This document shows, in pieces, positions 11,375 to 24,932 of a DNA stretch of 64,000 bases. Position 1 is the stretch's first letter; each line of letters opens with the position of its first letter. Origin of the DNA: Eledone cirrhosa (lineage: Eukaryota); contig OZ024743.1 in assembly GCA_964016885.1 (NCBI GenBank), positions 237,460,001 to 237,524,000 on the forward strand, read 5' to 3'. The notes below the pieces were generated by a model. That model was given only the letters and a program-made list of their open reading frames with translations, was not told where the DNA came from and made no database searches. Made by a program: the position numbers and the translations under genes.

Positions 11375-14300
11375 ACTACCTGACTACTAAAGGTAGTTAC
11401 AGTAAAGGTGTACTACCTGACGACTAAAAGTAGTAAAACAAGGTGTACTACCTGACTACTAAAGGTGTACTACCTGACTACTAAAGGTAGTTACTGTAAA
11501 ACAAGAAGTAATACCTGACTACTAAAGGTGTACTACCTGACTACTAAAGGTAGTTACAGTAAAACAAGGTGCAATACCTGACTACTAAAGGTAGTTACAG
11601 TAAAACAAGGTGTACTACCTGACTACTAAAGGTGTACTACCTGACTACTAAAGGTAGTTACAGTAAAACAAGGTGTACTACCTGACTACTAAAGGTGTAC
11701 TACCTGACTACTAAAGGTAGTTACAGTAAAACAAGGTGTACTACCTGACTACTAAAGGTGTACTACCTGACTACTAAAGGTAGTTACAGTAAAACAAGGT
11801 GTACTACCTGACTACTAAAGGTAGTTACAGTAAAACAAGGTGTACTACCTGACTACTAAAGGTGTACTACCTGACTACTAAAGGTAGTTACAGTAAAACA
11901 AGGTGTACTACCTGACTACTAAAGGTGTACTACCTGACTACTAAAGGTAGTTACTGTAAAACAAGGTGTACTACCTGACTACTAAAGGTAGTTACAGTAA
12001 AACAAGGTGTACTACCTGACTACTAAAGGTGTACTACCTGACTACTAAAGGTAGTTACAGTAAAACAAGGTGTACTACCTGACTACTAAAGGTGTACTAC
12101 CTGACTACTAAAGGTAGTTACTGTAAAACAAGGTGTTCTACCTGACTACTAAAGGTAGTTACAGTAAAACAAGGTGCAATACCTGACTACTAAAGGAAGT
12201 TATGGTAAAACAAGGTGTACTACCTGACTACTAAAGGTAGTTATTGTAAAACAAGGTGTACTACCTGACTACTAAAGGTAGTTACTGTAAAACAAGGTGT
12301 ACTACCTGACTACTAAAGGTAGTTACTGTAAAACAAGGTGTACTACCTGACTACTAAAGGTAGTTACTGTAAAACAAGGTGTACTACCTGACTACTAAAG
12401 GTAGTTACTGTAAAACAAGGTGTACTACCTGACTACTAAAGGTAGTTACTGTAAAACAAGGTGTACTACCTGACTACTAAAGGTGTACTACCTGACTACT
12501 AAAAGTAGTTACAGTAAAACAAGGTGTACTACCTGACTACTAAAGGTAGTTACAGTAAAACAAGCTGTATTACCTGATTGTTAAAGGTAGTAAAACAAGG
12601 TGTAATACCTGACTACTAAAGGTAGTTACTGTAAAACAAGGTGTAATACCTGACTACTAAAGGTGTACTACCTGACTACTAAAGGTAGTTACAGTAAAAC
12701 AGGTGCAATACCTGACTACTAAAGGTAGTTACTGTAAAACAAGGTGTACTACCTGACTACTAAAGGTAGTTACAGTAAAACAAGGTGCAATACCTGACTA
12801 CTAAAGGTAGTTACTGTAAAACAAGGTGTACTACCTGACTACTAAAGGTAGTTACAGTAAAACAAGGTGCAATACCTGACTACTAAAGGTAGTTACTGTA
12901 AAACAAGGTGTACTACCTGACTACTAAAGGTAGTTACAGTAAAACAAGGTGCAATACCTGACTACTAAAGGTAGTTATTGTAAAACAAGGTGTACTACCT
13001 GACTACTAAAGGTAGTTACAGTAAAACAAGGTGCAATACCTGACTACTAAAGGTAGTTACAGTAAAACAAGGTGTACTACCTGACTACTAAAGGTAGTTA
13101 CAGTAAAACAAGGTGTACTACCTGACTACTAAAGGTAGTTACAGTAAAACAAGGTGTACTACCTGACTACTAAAGGTGTACTACCTGACTACTAAAGGTA
13201 GTTACAGTAAAACAAGGTGCAATACCTGACTACTAAAGGTAGTTACAGTAAAACAAGGTGTACTACCTGACTACTAAAGGTAGTTACAGTAAAACAAGGT
13301 GTAATACCTGACTACTAAAGGTAGTTACTGTAAAACAAGGTGTACTACCTGACTACTAAAGGTAGTTACTGTAAAACAAGGTGCAATACCTGACTACTAA
13401 AGGTAGTTACAGTAAAACAAGGTGCAATACCTGACTACTAAAGGTAGTTACAGTAAAACAAGGTGTACTACCTGACTACTAAAGGTAGTTACAGTAAAAC
13501 AAGGTGCAATACCTGACTACTAAAGGTGTACTACCTGACTACTAAAGGTAGTTACTGTAAAACAAGGTGCAATACCTGACTACTAAAGGTAGTTACTGTA
13601 AAACAAGGTGTACTACCTGACTACTAAAGGTGTACTACCTGACTACTAAAGGTAGTTACAGTAAAACAAGGTGCAATACCTGACTACTAAAGGTAGTTAC
13701 AGTAAAACAAGGTGTAATACCTGACTACTAAAGGTAGTTACAGTAAAACAAGGTGCAATACCTGACTACTAAAGGTAATTACAGTAAAACAAGGTGTACT
13801 ACCTAACTACTAAAGGTGTACTACCTGACTACTAAAGGTAGTTACAGTAAAACAAGGTGCAATACCTGACTACTAAAGGTGTACTACCTGACTACTAAAG
13901 GTGTACTACCTGACTACTAAAGGTAGTTACTGTAAAACAAGGTGTACTACCTAACTACTAAAGGTGTTCTACCTGACTACTAAAGGTAGTTACAGTAAAA
14001 CAAGGTGCAATACCTGACTACTAAAGGTGTACTACCTGACTACTAAAGCTAGTTACTGTAAAACAAGGTGTTCTACCTGACTACTAAAGGTAGTTACAGT
14101 AAAACAAGGTGTTCTACCTGACTACTAAAGGAAGTTACTGTAAAACAAGATGTAATACCTGACTACTAAAGGTAGTTACAGTAAAACAAGGTGTAATACC
14201 TGACTACTAAAGGTGTACTACCTGACTACTAAAGGTAGTTACAGTAAAACAAGTTGTACTACCTGACTACTAAAGGAAGTTACAGTAAAACAAGATGTAA

Positions 14301-15695
14301 TACCTGACTACTAAAGGAAGTTACAGTAAAACAAGATGTAATACCTGACTACTAAAGGTGTACTACCTGACTACTAAAGGTAGTTACAGTAAAACAAGGT
14401 GCAATACCTGACTACTAAAGGTAGTTACTGTAAAAAAAGGTGTACTACCTGACTACTAAAGGTAGTTACAGTAAAAAAAGGTGTACTACCTGACTACTAA
14501 AGGTAGTTACTGTAAAAAAAGGTGTACTACCTGACTACTAAAGGTAGTTACTGTAAAACAAGGTGCAATACCTGACTACTAAAGGTAGTTACTGTAAAAA
14601 AAGGTGTACTACCTGACTACTAAAGGTAGTTACTGTAAAAAAAGGTGTACTACCTGACTACTAAAGGTAGTTACAGTAAAACAAGGTGTACTACCTGACT
14701 ACTAAAGGTAGTTACTGTAAAACAAGGTGTACTACCTGACTACTAAAGGTAATTACAGTAAAACAAGGTGTTCTACCTGACTACTAAAGGTAGTTACTGT
14801 AAAACAAGATGTACTACCTGACTACTAAAGGTAATTACAGTAAAACAAGGTGCAATACCTGACTACTAAAGGTAGTTACAGTAAAACAAGGTGTACTACT
14901 TGACTACTAAAGGTAGTTACAGTAAAACAAGGTGTACTACCTGACTACTAAAGGTAGTTACTGTAAAACAAGGTGTTCTACCTGACTACTAAAGGTAGTT
15001 ACAGTAAAACAAGGTGTACTACCTGACTACTAAAGGTAGTTTCTGTAAAACAAGGTGTACTACCTGACTACTAAAGGTAGTTTCTGTAAAACAAGGTGTA
15101 CTACCTGACTACTAAAGGTGTACTACCTGACTACTAAAGGTAGTTACAGTAAAACAAGGTGTACTACCTGACTACTAAAGGTGTACTACCTGACTACTAA
15201 AGGTAGTTACAGTAAAACAAGGTGTACTACCTGACTACTAAAGGTGTACTACCTGACTACTAAAGGTAGTTACTGTAAAACAAGATGTAATACCTGACTA
15301 CTAAAGGTAGTTACAGTAAAACAAGGTGTACTACCTGACTACTAAAGGTAGTTTCTGTAAAACAAGGTGTACTACCTGACTACTTAAGGTAGTTACAGTA
15401 AAACAAGCTGTATTACCTGACTACTAAAGGTAGTTACAGTAAAACAAGCTGTACTACCTGACTACTAAAGGTAGTTACTGTAAAAGAAGGTGTACTACCT
15501 GACTATTAATGGTAGTTACTGTAAAACAAGGTGTAATACCTGACTACTAAAGGTAGTTACAGTAAAACAAGGTGTAATACCTGACTACTAAAGGTAGTTA
15601 CAGTAAAACAAGGTGTACTACCTGACTACGAAAGGTAGCTACTGTAAAACAAGGTGTAATACCTGACTACTAAAGCTAGTTACAGTAAAGGTGTG
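11375..15695. repeat. 4.3-kb minisatellite of mixed 41-bp and 22-bp units
   Basis: GGTGTACTACCTGACTACTAAA with or without GGTAGTTACAGTAAAACAA. Confidence 0.98.
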
Positions 15696-15869
15696 CTACT
15701 CTCTGCCATAACCTGTTGGTTTATTAGGAACAACATAGTCTTTGTTACCATCAAGTCTGACACCTGCATATTTAATACTCAAGGTTGGATTTAGACCTTG
15801 AGGGTCCCTGGGGCACTTTTGTTTTTTGTGGGGTTGGGTCCTCATACAAAAAAATTAGAACAGAAAAAT

Positions 15870-16610
15870 TAGGGTGCTAAATATCCAGGTACACATTGTA
15901 CAGTTAGCCTAGGGTGCTAAATACCCAGGAACACATTGTACAGTTAGCCTAGGGTGCTAAATACTCAGGTACCCATTGTAGAGTTAGACTAGGGTGCTAA
16001 ATACCCAGGTACACATTGTACAGTTAGCCTAGGGCGCTAAATACACAGGTACACATTGTACAGTTAGCCTAGGGTGCTAAATACCCAGGTACACATTGTA
16101 CAGTTAGCCTAGGTTGCTAAATACCCAGGTACACATTGTACAGTTAGCCTAGGGTGTTAAATACCCAGGTACACATTGTAGAGTTAGCCTAGGGTGTTAA
16201 ATACCCAGGTACACAGTGTAGAGTTAGCCTAGGGTGTTAATTACCCAGGTACTCATTGTAGAGTTAGCATAGGGTGTTAAATTCCCAGGCACATATTGTA
16301 GAGTTAGCCTAGGGTGTTAAATACCCAGGTACACATTGTAGAGTTAGCCTAGGGTGCTAAATACCCAGGTACATATTGTAGAGTTATCCTAGGGTGCTAA
16401 ATACCCAGGTACAGGTTGTAGAGTTAGCATAGGGTGTTAAATACTCAGGTACACACTGTAGAGCTAGCCTAGGGTGTTAAATACCCAGGTACACATTGTA
16501 GAGCTAGCCTGGGGGTGTTAAATACCCAGGTACATATTGTAGGACTAGCCTAGGTTGTTAAATACCCAGGTACACATTATAGAGCTAGCCTGGGGTGTTA
16601 AATACCCAGG
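15870..16610. repeat. 40-bp minisatellite, about 18 copies
   Basis: AGGGTGCTAAATACCCAGGTACACATTGTACAGTTAGCCT. Confidence 0.97.
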
Positions 16611-16864
16611 CAATGGCTCTTATTATTCCAGTTTCTATGCAACACATTTGAGAAATACTTCAAACAGCTTTATTCCTGAACTATATGGCCACAAGACAGA
16701 CTGTGACAGAAGAATAAGTTGGCAGATAGATGGACAGATAGATAAAGAGTTAGATAGATAGATAGACAGACATACAGACAGATAGATAGACAGGCATACA
16801 GACAAACAGATAGATAGATAGATGGATAGATAGACGGATAGATAGATAGAGAGACAGGCATAGC

Positions 16865-17895
16865 ATCTACCATACTCTGAACGCCTTGCTTCCCTGGGTA
16901 TGGATACATTAAAGCTCCGATGTCTGGCAACTGACTTGGTAAACACCCACAAACTTATTAACTACCTTTCCAACAACAACCCTGAGCACCTTTTTGAATT
17001 CCATGTGTCTAACACACGTGGGCATACCTACAAAGTCGGAAAACAGCACAGCACCCATGAATTTTGGAAACATTTTTTCAAGCTCAGAGTTGCTGAAGCA
17101 TGGAACAAACTACCTGCATCAGTTGTTAGCTGTTGAGACACTGCATCCTTTAAAACCTCCACGGTACAAACTACCTGCATCAGTTGTTAGCTGTCGAGAC
17201 ACTGCATCTTTAAAACCTCCACAGAACAAACTACCTGCATCAGTTGTTAGCTGTTGAGACACTGCATCCTTTCAAACCTCCACGGAACAAACTACCTGCA
17301 TCAGTAGTTAGCTGTCGAGACACTGCATCCTTTAAAACCTCCTTGGAACAAACTACCTGCATCAGTTGTTAGCTGTCGAGACACTGCATCCTTTAAAACC
17401 TCCTTGGAACAAACTACCTGCATCAGTTGTTAGCTGTTGAGACACTGCATCCTTTAAAACCTCCTTGGAACAAACTACCTGCATCAGTTGTTAGCTGTCG
17501 AGACACTGCATCCTTTAAAACCTCCTTGGAACAAACTACCTGCATCAGTTGTTAGCTGTCGAGACACTGCATCCTTTAAAACCTCCATGGAACAAACTAC
17601 CTGCACCAGTTGTTAGCTGTCGAGACACTGCATCCTTTAAAACCTCCATGGAACAAACTACCTGCACCAGTTGTTAGCTGTCGAGACACTGCATCCTTTA
17701 AAACCTCCATACTTCATGAGATTCGCCAACACTACACATGATATTCCCCCTCCATACACACACACATGTAAATCATGACTCATACATTCTTCATTTTCCT
17801 GATATTTGTACATTATTCTATGTACTATACATGCACCTTTGATGAGTTGTAGTGCACCTGAGCACTGTACACAATAATTTCATTATTATCATAAT
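16865..17895 (+). mobile_element. CR1-like LINE 3' end, copy 2, with internal 61-bp x10 tandem array
   Basis: MDTLKLRCLATDLVNTHK...SNTRGHTYK...RVAEAWNKLPASVVS; array 17102-17710. Confidence 0.8.
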
Positions 17896-17926
17896 TTTAG
17901 ATAGATAGACAGACAGAGAGACAGAC

Positions 17927-17965
<39 letters not shown>

Positions 17966-18020
17966 GAGAGAGAAAGAGAGAGAGACACAGACAAATAGCT
18001 AAGTAGATAGATAGATAGAT

Positions 18021-18464
18021 ATATTTCTTTATTTGCCACAGTGGCGTACAAAAATGGGACATTACAAGACGTGATGGTGGGGGTTTTACATAAAATCTTT
18101 AACAATAACAACAACAATAAAATATATACAAAATAAAACAATCGAAATCCCCATTAGGGAATGAACGATACTGTGGGGTTGTTTTACACCCCGTGGATAG
18201 AACAACCCTCAACACCAGGAACACGTTTTGTAGGTGTTCCTGTCTTCCCTCTGTTTATCTTCCTCAACTTACAGTTTTATATACAGAGAAGGTCCATTCA
18301 CTCGGGCCATTTTCGCCACATTCACCCACCTTTCAGCGAATTTACTGGGGTGTAGCACCTCTGTCTCCACTCTCACCTTCCTTCTGAAGTGGTACTTAAA
18401 GAAGAGGATTAGTTGTTGTCTGGAGAGAAAGGTGTTTGCCCTCTGTCCTTTTAACCTCGTCCAG
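18021..18464 (-). mobile_element. Tx1/L1-like LINE 3' end inside (GATA)n
   Basis: IWTRLKG...FFKYHFRRKVRVETEVLHPSKFAERW resembles a Tx1/L1 ORF2 C-terminus; 3' UTR ends AATAAAGAAATA(TCTA)n. Confidence 0.6.
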
Positions 18465-18838
18465 ATAGATAGATAGAGAGAGAGAGACAAATAGCTAGGT
18501 AGATAGATAGATATACTGATAGATAGATAGATAAAGAGACAGACAAATGGCTAGGTAAGTAGGTAGGTAGGTTGGTAGATCAATAAGTAGACAGACAGAT
18601 TAAGCGAACAGGTACCAAAATACAAATGAGTAAAATGATACGAACAACTGATAAATCGATCAGTTTTATTACCTTGATGATGATAATATTGATATTAGTT
18701 TGATTACCTTGATGGTAGATAAATCTAAGTTGATGATGATGATGATATTGATATTAGTAATAATAATAATAATAATTTCCTGTATTGAGATGAATTTGGA
18801 AGGAGTACAGGTCAATTGAGGTGTGAAAATAAGTGGGT

Positions 18839-18872
<34 letters not shown>

Positions 18873-19047
18873 TAGAGATAGGTATAGAAAGTATTGTAGC
18901 AAGAAGCCAACAGTATTCCATAATAAATAATATATATGGATATCAAATTTATTATTATTACTATATATATATATATATATATATACATATATATATGTCA
19001 TACATATATATATATATATATACATATATATATGTATATATATGTAA

Positions 19048-19164
<117 letters not shown>

Positions 19165-19489
19165 CATATATATATATATATATTTAAATGTATATATATA
19201 TATATATAGAGAGAGAGAGATAGAGGGAGAGAGAGAGAGATATCTAGAGAGAGGGGATTGATGAAGGTAGATTCTACATATGTATTTACACCCACACATT
19301 AAACTGGTGTCGCTCACATCTCAATAATCAATAAAGTGGTTTTGTTTTTATCATGATTTATGAAACACTCTAAAAATTACTGCTGGAGACTTCAGTTTCA
19401 ACAGAGACAGAAAAACTATGGTAAACATAGTCTACTATTTTCTATGTCTCTTAAATATTTCTATATTTCCTTCTACTGCAACATACTAG

Positions 19490-21596
19490 AGGGCTTGGAT
19501 ATCTGGTAGTTGTCTCTGATATAAGGGGCTTGGGTATCTGATAGTTGTCTCTGATATAAGGGGCTTGGGTATCTGGTAGTTGTCTATGATATAAGGGGCT
19601 TGGGTATCTGATAGTTGTCTATGATATAAGGGGCTTGGGTATCTGGTAATTGTCTATGATATAAGGGGGCTTGGATATCTGGTAGTTGTCTCTGATATAA
19701 GGGGCTTGGGTATCTGATAGTTGTCTATGATATAAGAGGACTTGGATATCTGGTAGTTGTCTCTGATATAAGGGGCTTGGGTATCTGATAGTTGTCTATG
19801 ATATAAGGGGCTTGGGTATCTGGTAGTTGTCTCTGATATAAGGGGCTTGGGTATCTGGTAGTTGTCTATGATATAAGGGGCTTGGGTATCTGGTAGTTGT
19901 CTATGATGTAAGGGGCTTTGGTATCTGGTAATTGTCTATGATAGAAGGGGCTTGGGTATCTGGTAGTTGTCTATGATATAAGGGGCTTGGATATCTGGTA
20001 GTTGTCTATGATATAAGGGGGCTTGGGTATCTGGTAGTTGTCTCTGATATAAGGGGGCTTGGGTATCTGGTAGTTGTCTATGATATAAGGGGGCTTGGGT
20101 ATCTGGTAGTTGTCTAAGATATAAGGGACTTGGGTATCTGGTAGTTGTCTATGATAGAAGGGGCTTGGATATCTGGTAGTTGTCTATGATATAAGGGGCT
20201 TGGATATCTGGTAGTTGTCTATGATATAAGGGGGCTTGGATATCTGGTAGTTGTCTATGATATAAGGGGGCTTGGATATCTGGTAGTTGTCTATGATATA
20301 AGGGGGCTTGGATATCTGGTAGTTGTCTCTGATATAAGGGGGCTTGGGTATCTGATAGTTGTCTATGATATAAGGGGGCTTGGGTATCTGGTAGTTGTCT
20401 CTGATATAAGGGGGCTTGGGTATCTGATAGTTGTCTATGATATAAGGGGGCTTGGGTATCTGGTAGTTGTCTATGATATAAGGGGGCTTGGGTATCTGAT
20501 AGTTGTCTATGATATAAGGGGGTTGGGTATCTGGTAATTGTCTATGATAGAAGGGGCTTGGGTATCTGGTAGTTGTCTATGATATAAGGGGGCTTGGGTA
20601 TATGGTAGTTGTCTATGATATAAGGGGCTTGGATATCTGGTAGTTGTCTATGATATAAGGGGGCTTGGGTATCTGGTAGTTGTCTCTGATATAAGGGGGC
20701 TTGGGTATCTGATAGTTGTCTATGATATAAGGGGGCTTGGGTATCTGGTAGTTGTCTATGATATAAGGGGGCTTGGGTATCTGATAGTTGTCTATGATAT
20801 AAGGGGGTTGGGTATCTGGTAATTGTCTATGATAGAAGGGGCTTGGGTATCTGGTAGTTGTCTATGATATAAGGGGGCTTGGGTATATGGTAGTTGTCTA
20901 TGATATAAGGGGCTTGGATATCTGGTAGTTGTCTATGATATAAGGGGGCTTGGGTATCTGGTAGTTGTCTCTGATATAAGGGGGCTTGGGTATCTGGTAG
21001 TTGTCTAAGATATAAGGGACTTGGGTATCTGGTAGTTGTCTATGATAGAAGGGGCTTGGATATCTGGTAGTTGTCTATGATATAAGGGGGCTTGGATATC
21101 TGGTAGTTGTCTCTGATATAAGGGGGCTTGGGTATCTGATAGTTGTCTATGATATAAGGGGGCTTGGGTATCTGGTAGTTGTCTATGATATAAGGGGGCT
21201 TGGGTATCTGATAGTTGTCTATGATATAAGGGGGTTGGGTATCTGGTAATTGTCTATGATAGAAGGGGCTTGGGTATCTGGTAGTTGTCTATGATATAAG
21301 GGGGCTTGGGTATATGGTAGTTGTCTATGATATAAGGGGCTTGGGTATCTGGTAGTTGTCTATGATATAAGGGGCTTGGGTATCTGGTAATTGTCTATGA
21401 TAGAAGGGGCTTGGGTATCTGGTAGTTGTCTCTGATAGAAGGGGCTTTGGTATCTGGTAGTTGTCTATGATATAAGGGGGCTTGGGTATCTGGTAGTTGT
21501 CTCTGATATAAGGGACTTGGGTATCTGGTAGTTGTCTATGATATAAGGGGGCTTGGGTATCTGATAGTTGTCTATGATATAAGGGGGCTTGGGTAT
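19490..21596. repeat. 35/36-bp minisatellite, about 59 copies
   Basis: GGTAGTTGTCTATGATATAAGGGG(G)CTTGGGTATCT. Confidence 0.98.
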
Positions 21597-21644
21597 ACTG
21601 TACTGACGAGAGGTAATCACCCAGAAACATAAGTGTTTGCTGTT
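21597..21644 (+). ncRNA. Hammerhead motif, family B, degenerate
   Basis: ACTGTA CTGACGA GAGGTAATCACCCA GAAAC ATAAGT GTT TGCTGTT; homologous to 7007-7054 and followed by the same downstream repeat. Confidence 0.6.
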
Positions 21645-21756
21645 CTGTTTATATGTCAACACAAGAGCAAGAATGACGGGGTCATTCTACTCACATGCAT
21701 AATTGCAAACGAATCGAATATTAATCAATATTGGAAAAACTCAGATCTACATTTAT

Positions 21757-21790
21757 TATATGTTTCAGACACTAGTCCTTCATCAGAAGA
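21757..21790 (-). ncRNA. Hammerhead motif, family A, truncated
   Basis: Minus strand TCTT CTGATGA AGGACTAGTGTCT GAAACATA; same upstream CT-rich flank as 30799. Confidence 0.55.
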
Positions 21791-22673
21791 TAGAGTTAGA
21801 AATAGAAGATAAATAGAAAGTAGAGAGTGGTGAGAGGAAGGAATGGGGGAAATGGGGGGGGGACATGTGCATATGTGTGTGTATGTGTGTGTATATATGT
21901 GTGTGTGTATATATGTGTGTGTGTATGTGTGTATGTGTATGTGTGTATGTGTATGTGTATATATGTGTGTGTATGTATGTGTGTGTATGCATATGTGTGT
22001 AGGTGTGTATGCGTATGTATTTGTGTGTGTGTACATCATGATCCTTCTTCTCCTCCTCCTACTCCTCATCATCCCCCTCCCCCTCTATCATTCACCACTG
22101 CAAGGAGTGTTTCACTTTCCTTCCCATAATCTTTTAGTCAAACCAACACACAATATTGTAAATTCCTGTTATATGTGTGTGTTAATATGTGGTGTATGTG
22201 TGTGTGTGTGTGTTAATATATGGTGTATGTGTGTGTGTGTGTGTTAATATATGGTTATGTGTGTGTGTGTGTGTGTGTTAATATATGGTGTACGTGTGTG
22301 TGTGTGTGTGTGTGTTAATATATGGTGTATGTGTGTGTGTGTGTGTTAATATATGGTGTGTGTGTGTGTGTTAATATATGGTGTGTGTGTGTGTGTGTTA
22401 ATATATGGTGTACGTGTGTGTGTCAATATATATGTGTGTGTGTGTCTTGTATCATTGACCTAAGATGACCCCAGTCTCATCCAGCAACAGAAAAAACAAG
22501 TAGATGTGTTGTGTGTGTTTGTGTGTGTGTGTGTGTGCTTGTGTGTGTATGTGTGTAGGTGTGTGTGTATGTGTGTATGTGTGTGTATGTGTGTAGGTAT
22601 GTGTGTAGGTGTGTGTGTGTATGTGTGTAGGTGTGTGTGTATGTGTGTAGGTGTGTAGGTGTGTGTAGGTGTG

Positions 22674-22731
<58 letters not shown>

Positions 22732-23006
22732 TGTGTGTGTGTTTGTGAGTGTGTGTGTTGTTGCTGTTCTTCTAATTCCTGTCTTCAAAGGTAATGTTAT
22801 CAAGTGTGTTGCCATTGTTGCAGGTGAAATGACCAGAGATTCCATATTAAAAGGGATTTAGGAGAGATTACCCCCCACCCCACCCCCTAATCTGTTTTGA
22901 TAAATTGGTGACTGTAAGATAATCTGGATTTCTCCTAAACTTGAACTCAAATACACTTTGATGTTGGGTTGATTGGAGGGTTATCTCCCTTCTAACCCCC
23001 CCCCCC

Positions 23007-23512
23007 TGTAACATAGACACACAGACCCTGACATCTGTACAACTGTAACATACACACTCTCCAGACACTGACATCTGTTCAACTGTAACATAGACACACA
23101 GACACTGACACCTGTACAACTGAAACATACACACTCTCCAGACACTGACATCTGTTCAACTGTAACACAGACACACAGACACTGACATCTATACAACTGT
23201 AACAAACACCACTGCTCCACTCCAGACACTGACATCTGTACAACTGTAACATACACCACTGCTCCACGTCAGACACTGACATCTATACAACTTTAACATA
23301 CACCACTACTCCACTCCAGACACTGACATCTGTTCAACTGTAACATACACCACTGCTAAACTCCAGACACTGACATCTGTTTAACTGTAACATACACCAC
23401 TGCTCCACTCCAGACACTGACGTCTGTTCAACTGTAACATAGACACACTCCAGACACTGACATCTGTTCCACTGTAACATACATCACTATCCCATTCCAG
23501 ACACTGACGTCT
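23007..23512. repeat. Variable 36-47-bp minisatellite
   Basis: CAGACACTGACATCTGTTCAACTGTAACATACAC core. Confidence 0.9.
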
Positions 23513-24441
23513 AGCAAAGAAGAGTTCCAAAACAAAGGGAGATAAGGGACGAGCCTGTACGAGTCAATACCCTGGCCGCAACTACATTGTGTCCGTGGAC
23601 AGATACAGCAACTGTCCTATTGTGGAGGAGGCTTCCAATTGTGCAGCAGGACGAACTGACGTCGGGCGTTGGGCCAGAATTTACCTCAAAGCACACAGCA
23701 CACCTTCTATACACTGGACAATCAATCCTTCACACTCCTGTACAAAAGCCTGATACGTCTACACCTTGAGTATGCTTTCGTTATATGGGCACCCAAGTTA
23801 GAGAGAGTCAAAGACATTATTTAAAATTTGCAGCGAAGAGCAACAAATCTCGTCCAGGGCCTCTCTTCACTACCCTACAAAGAACATCTTCAGAATTTCG
23901 GACTCCCTACACAAGAGTTTAGGAGGCAAAGGGCAGGCTTTTAAAATACTAAACGAGTTTTATAAAGTACAGTACACTAGAAGGTGTCCAATCTATGGCA
24001 ATGTGCTGTTGAGAGAGGTACTCAGCAGGACTACCCGAGGACACAACCGGAAGCTCCAGGTGCAACACCAACCAAGTCCTACGAACCACTTCTGCACCTG
24101 TGATCAACCACTGGAACAACCTCAAACAAGAAATAGTTGACACTTTGGGTATGGTGTGGTGTGCGGTGGCCGGAGGCTGGGGAGTGCTCGACCGGAAGAG
24201 TGCTTGACCGGAAGGGTGCTTGACCGGAAGGGCGCTCGACCGAAAGGGCCAGCAGGTCTGCCTCTCTCTAGGGTGGTCAGCGAAGGTGGTGGACGTCAGT
24301 TTTGGAGCTCCCGGTTAACGAGTTGGATTGTACGTACGTGGGAGAGGAGAAACCAGCATTAGATTACCGGTGCCAGCAATAAGCGGTAAGTGAAGTAGCT
24401 TTTTCTAACCACAAGTTATTTCGGCACTGGAAAACGATTAG

Positions 24442-24928
24442 ATGGAACGTGAACGCGTTGACATTTTTGCAGCTGAAATACGGCGATTGGCCATGTTGGC
24501 TGGATATCAGGTGGAATGCGAACGCACGGTGCGGTTGGCGTTCATAAATGGATTTCCAGACGACATAGCGGTGAAACTGCAGCAAGTCCCGGGTTACAAG
24601 GAAATGGAGATACGTGCACTGGTGGAGCAAGCCCGCATCATAGCAGAAGATGCCAAGAAGAGTGTCGTGGCGATAGCAATGACAGAGGCCCAAGGCAGCC
24701 GGCAGCGAAATGGTGAAAGGGAGGCAACCACGGCACGCGGTCGCCCGTGAACGTTTAGAGGTCGTTTTTTTTAGGTGCCAGGGCCCGCACATGGTGAGAG
24801 ACTGTAGAGAGTCAAGGCCGGACAAAAATTGCTACCTGTGTAAGCGACCAGGCCACATCGCTACTAGCTGCGACCAGGGAAACGATCCAAGGGGAACTAC
24901 TGCGCCGGTAGCTGCCCCTTACGAGTAG
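24442..24928 (+). pseudogene. gag: gag remnant with two zinc knuckles
   Basis: ERVDIFAAEIRRLAMLAG..., FRCQGPHMVRDC and CYLCKRPGHIATSC; frameshift/stop near 24750; appears 5'-deleted. Confidence 0.8.
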
Positions 24929-24932
24929 AGGC

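Noticed and set aside
11375-15695. CRISPR-like look of hairpin-bearing arrays
   Set aside because: No unique spacers, no cas genes, eukaryotic context; applies to all arrays in the window.
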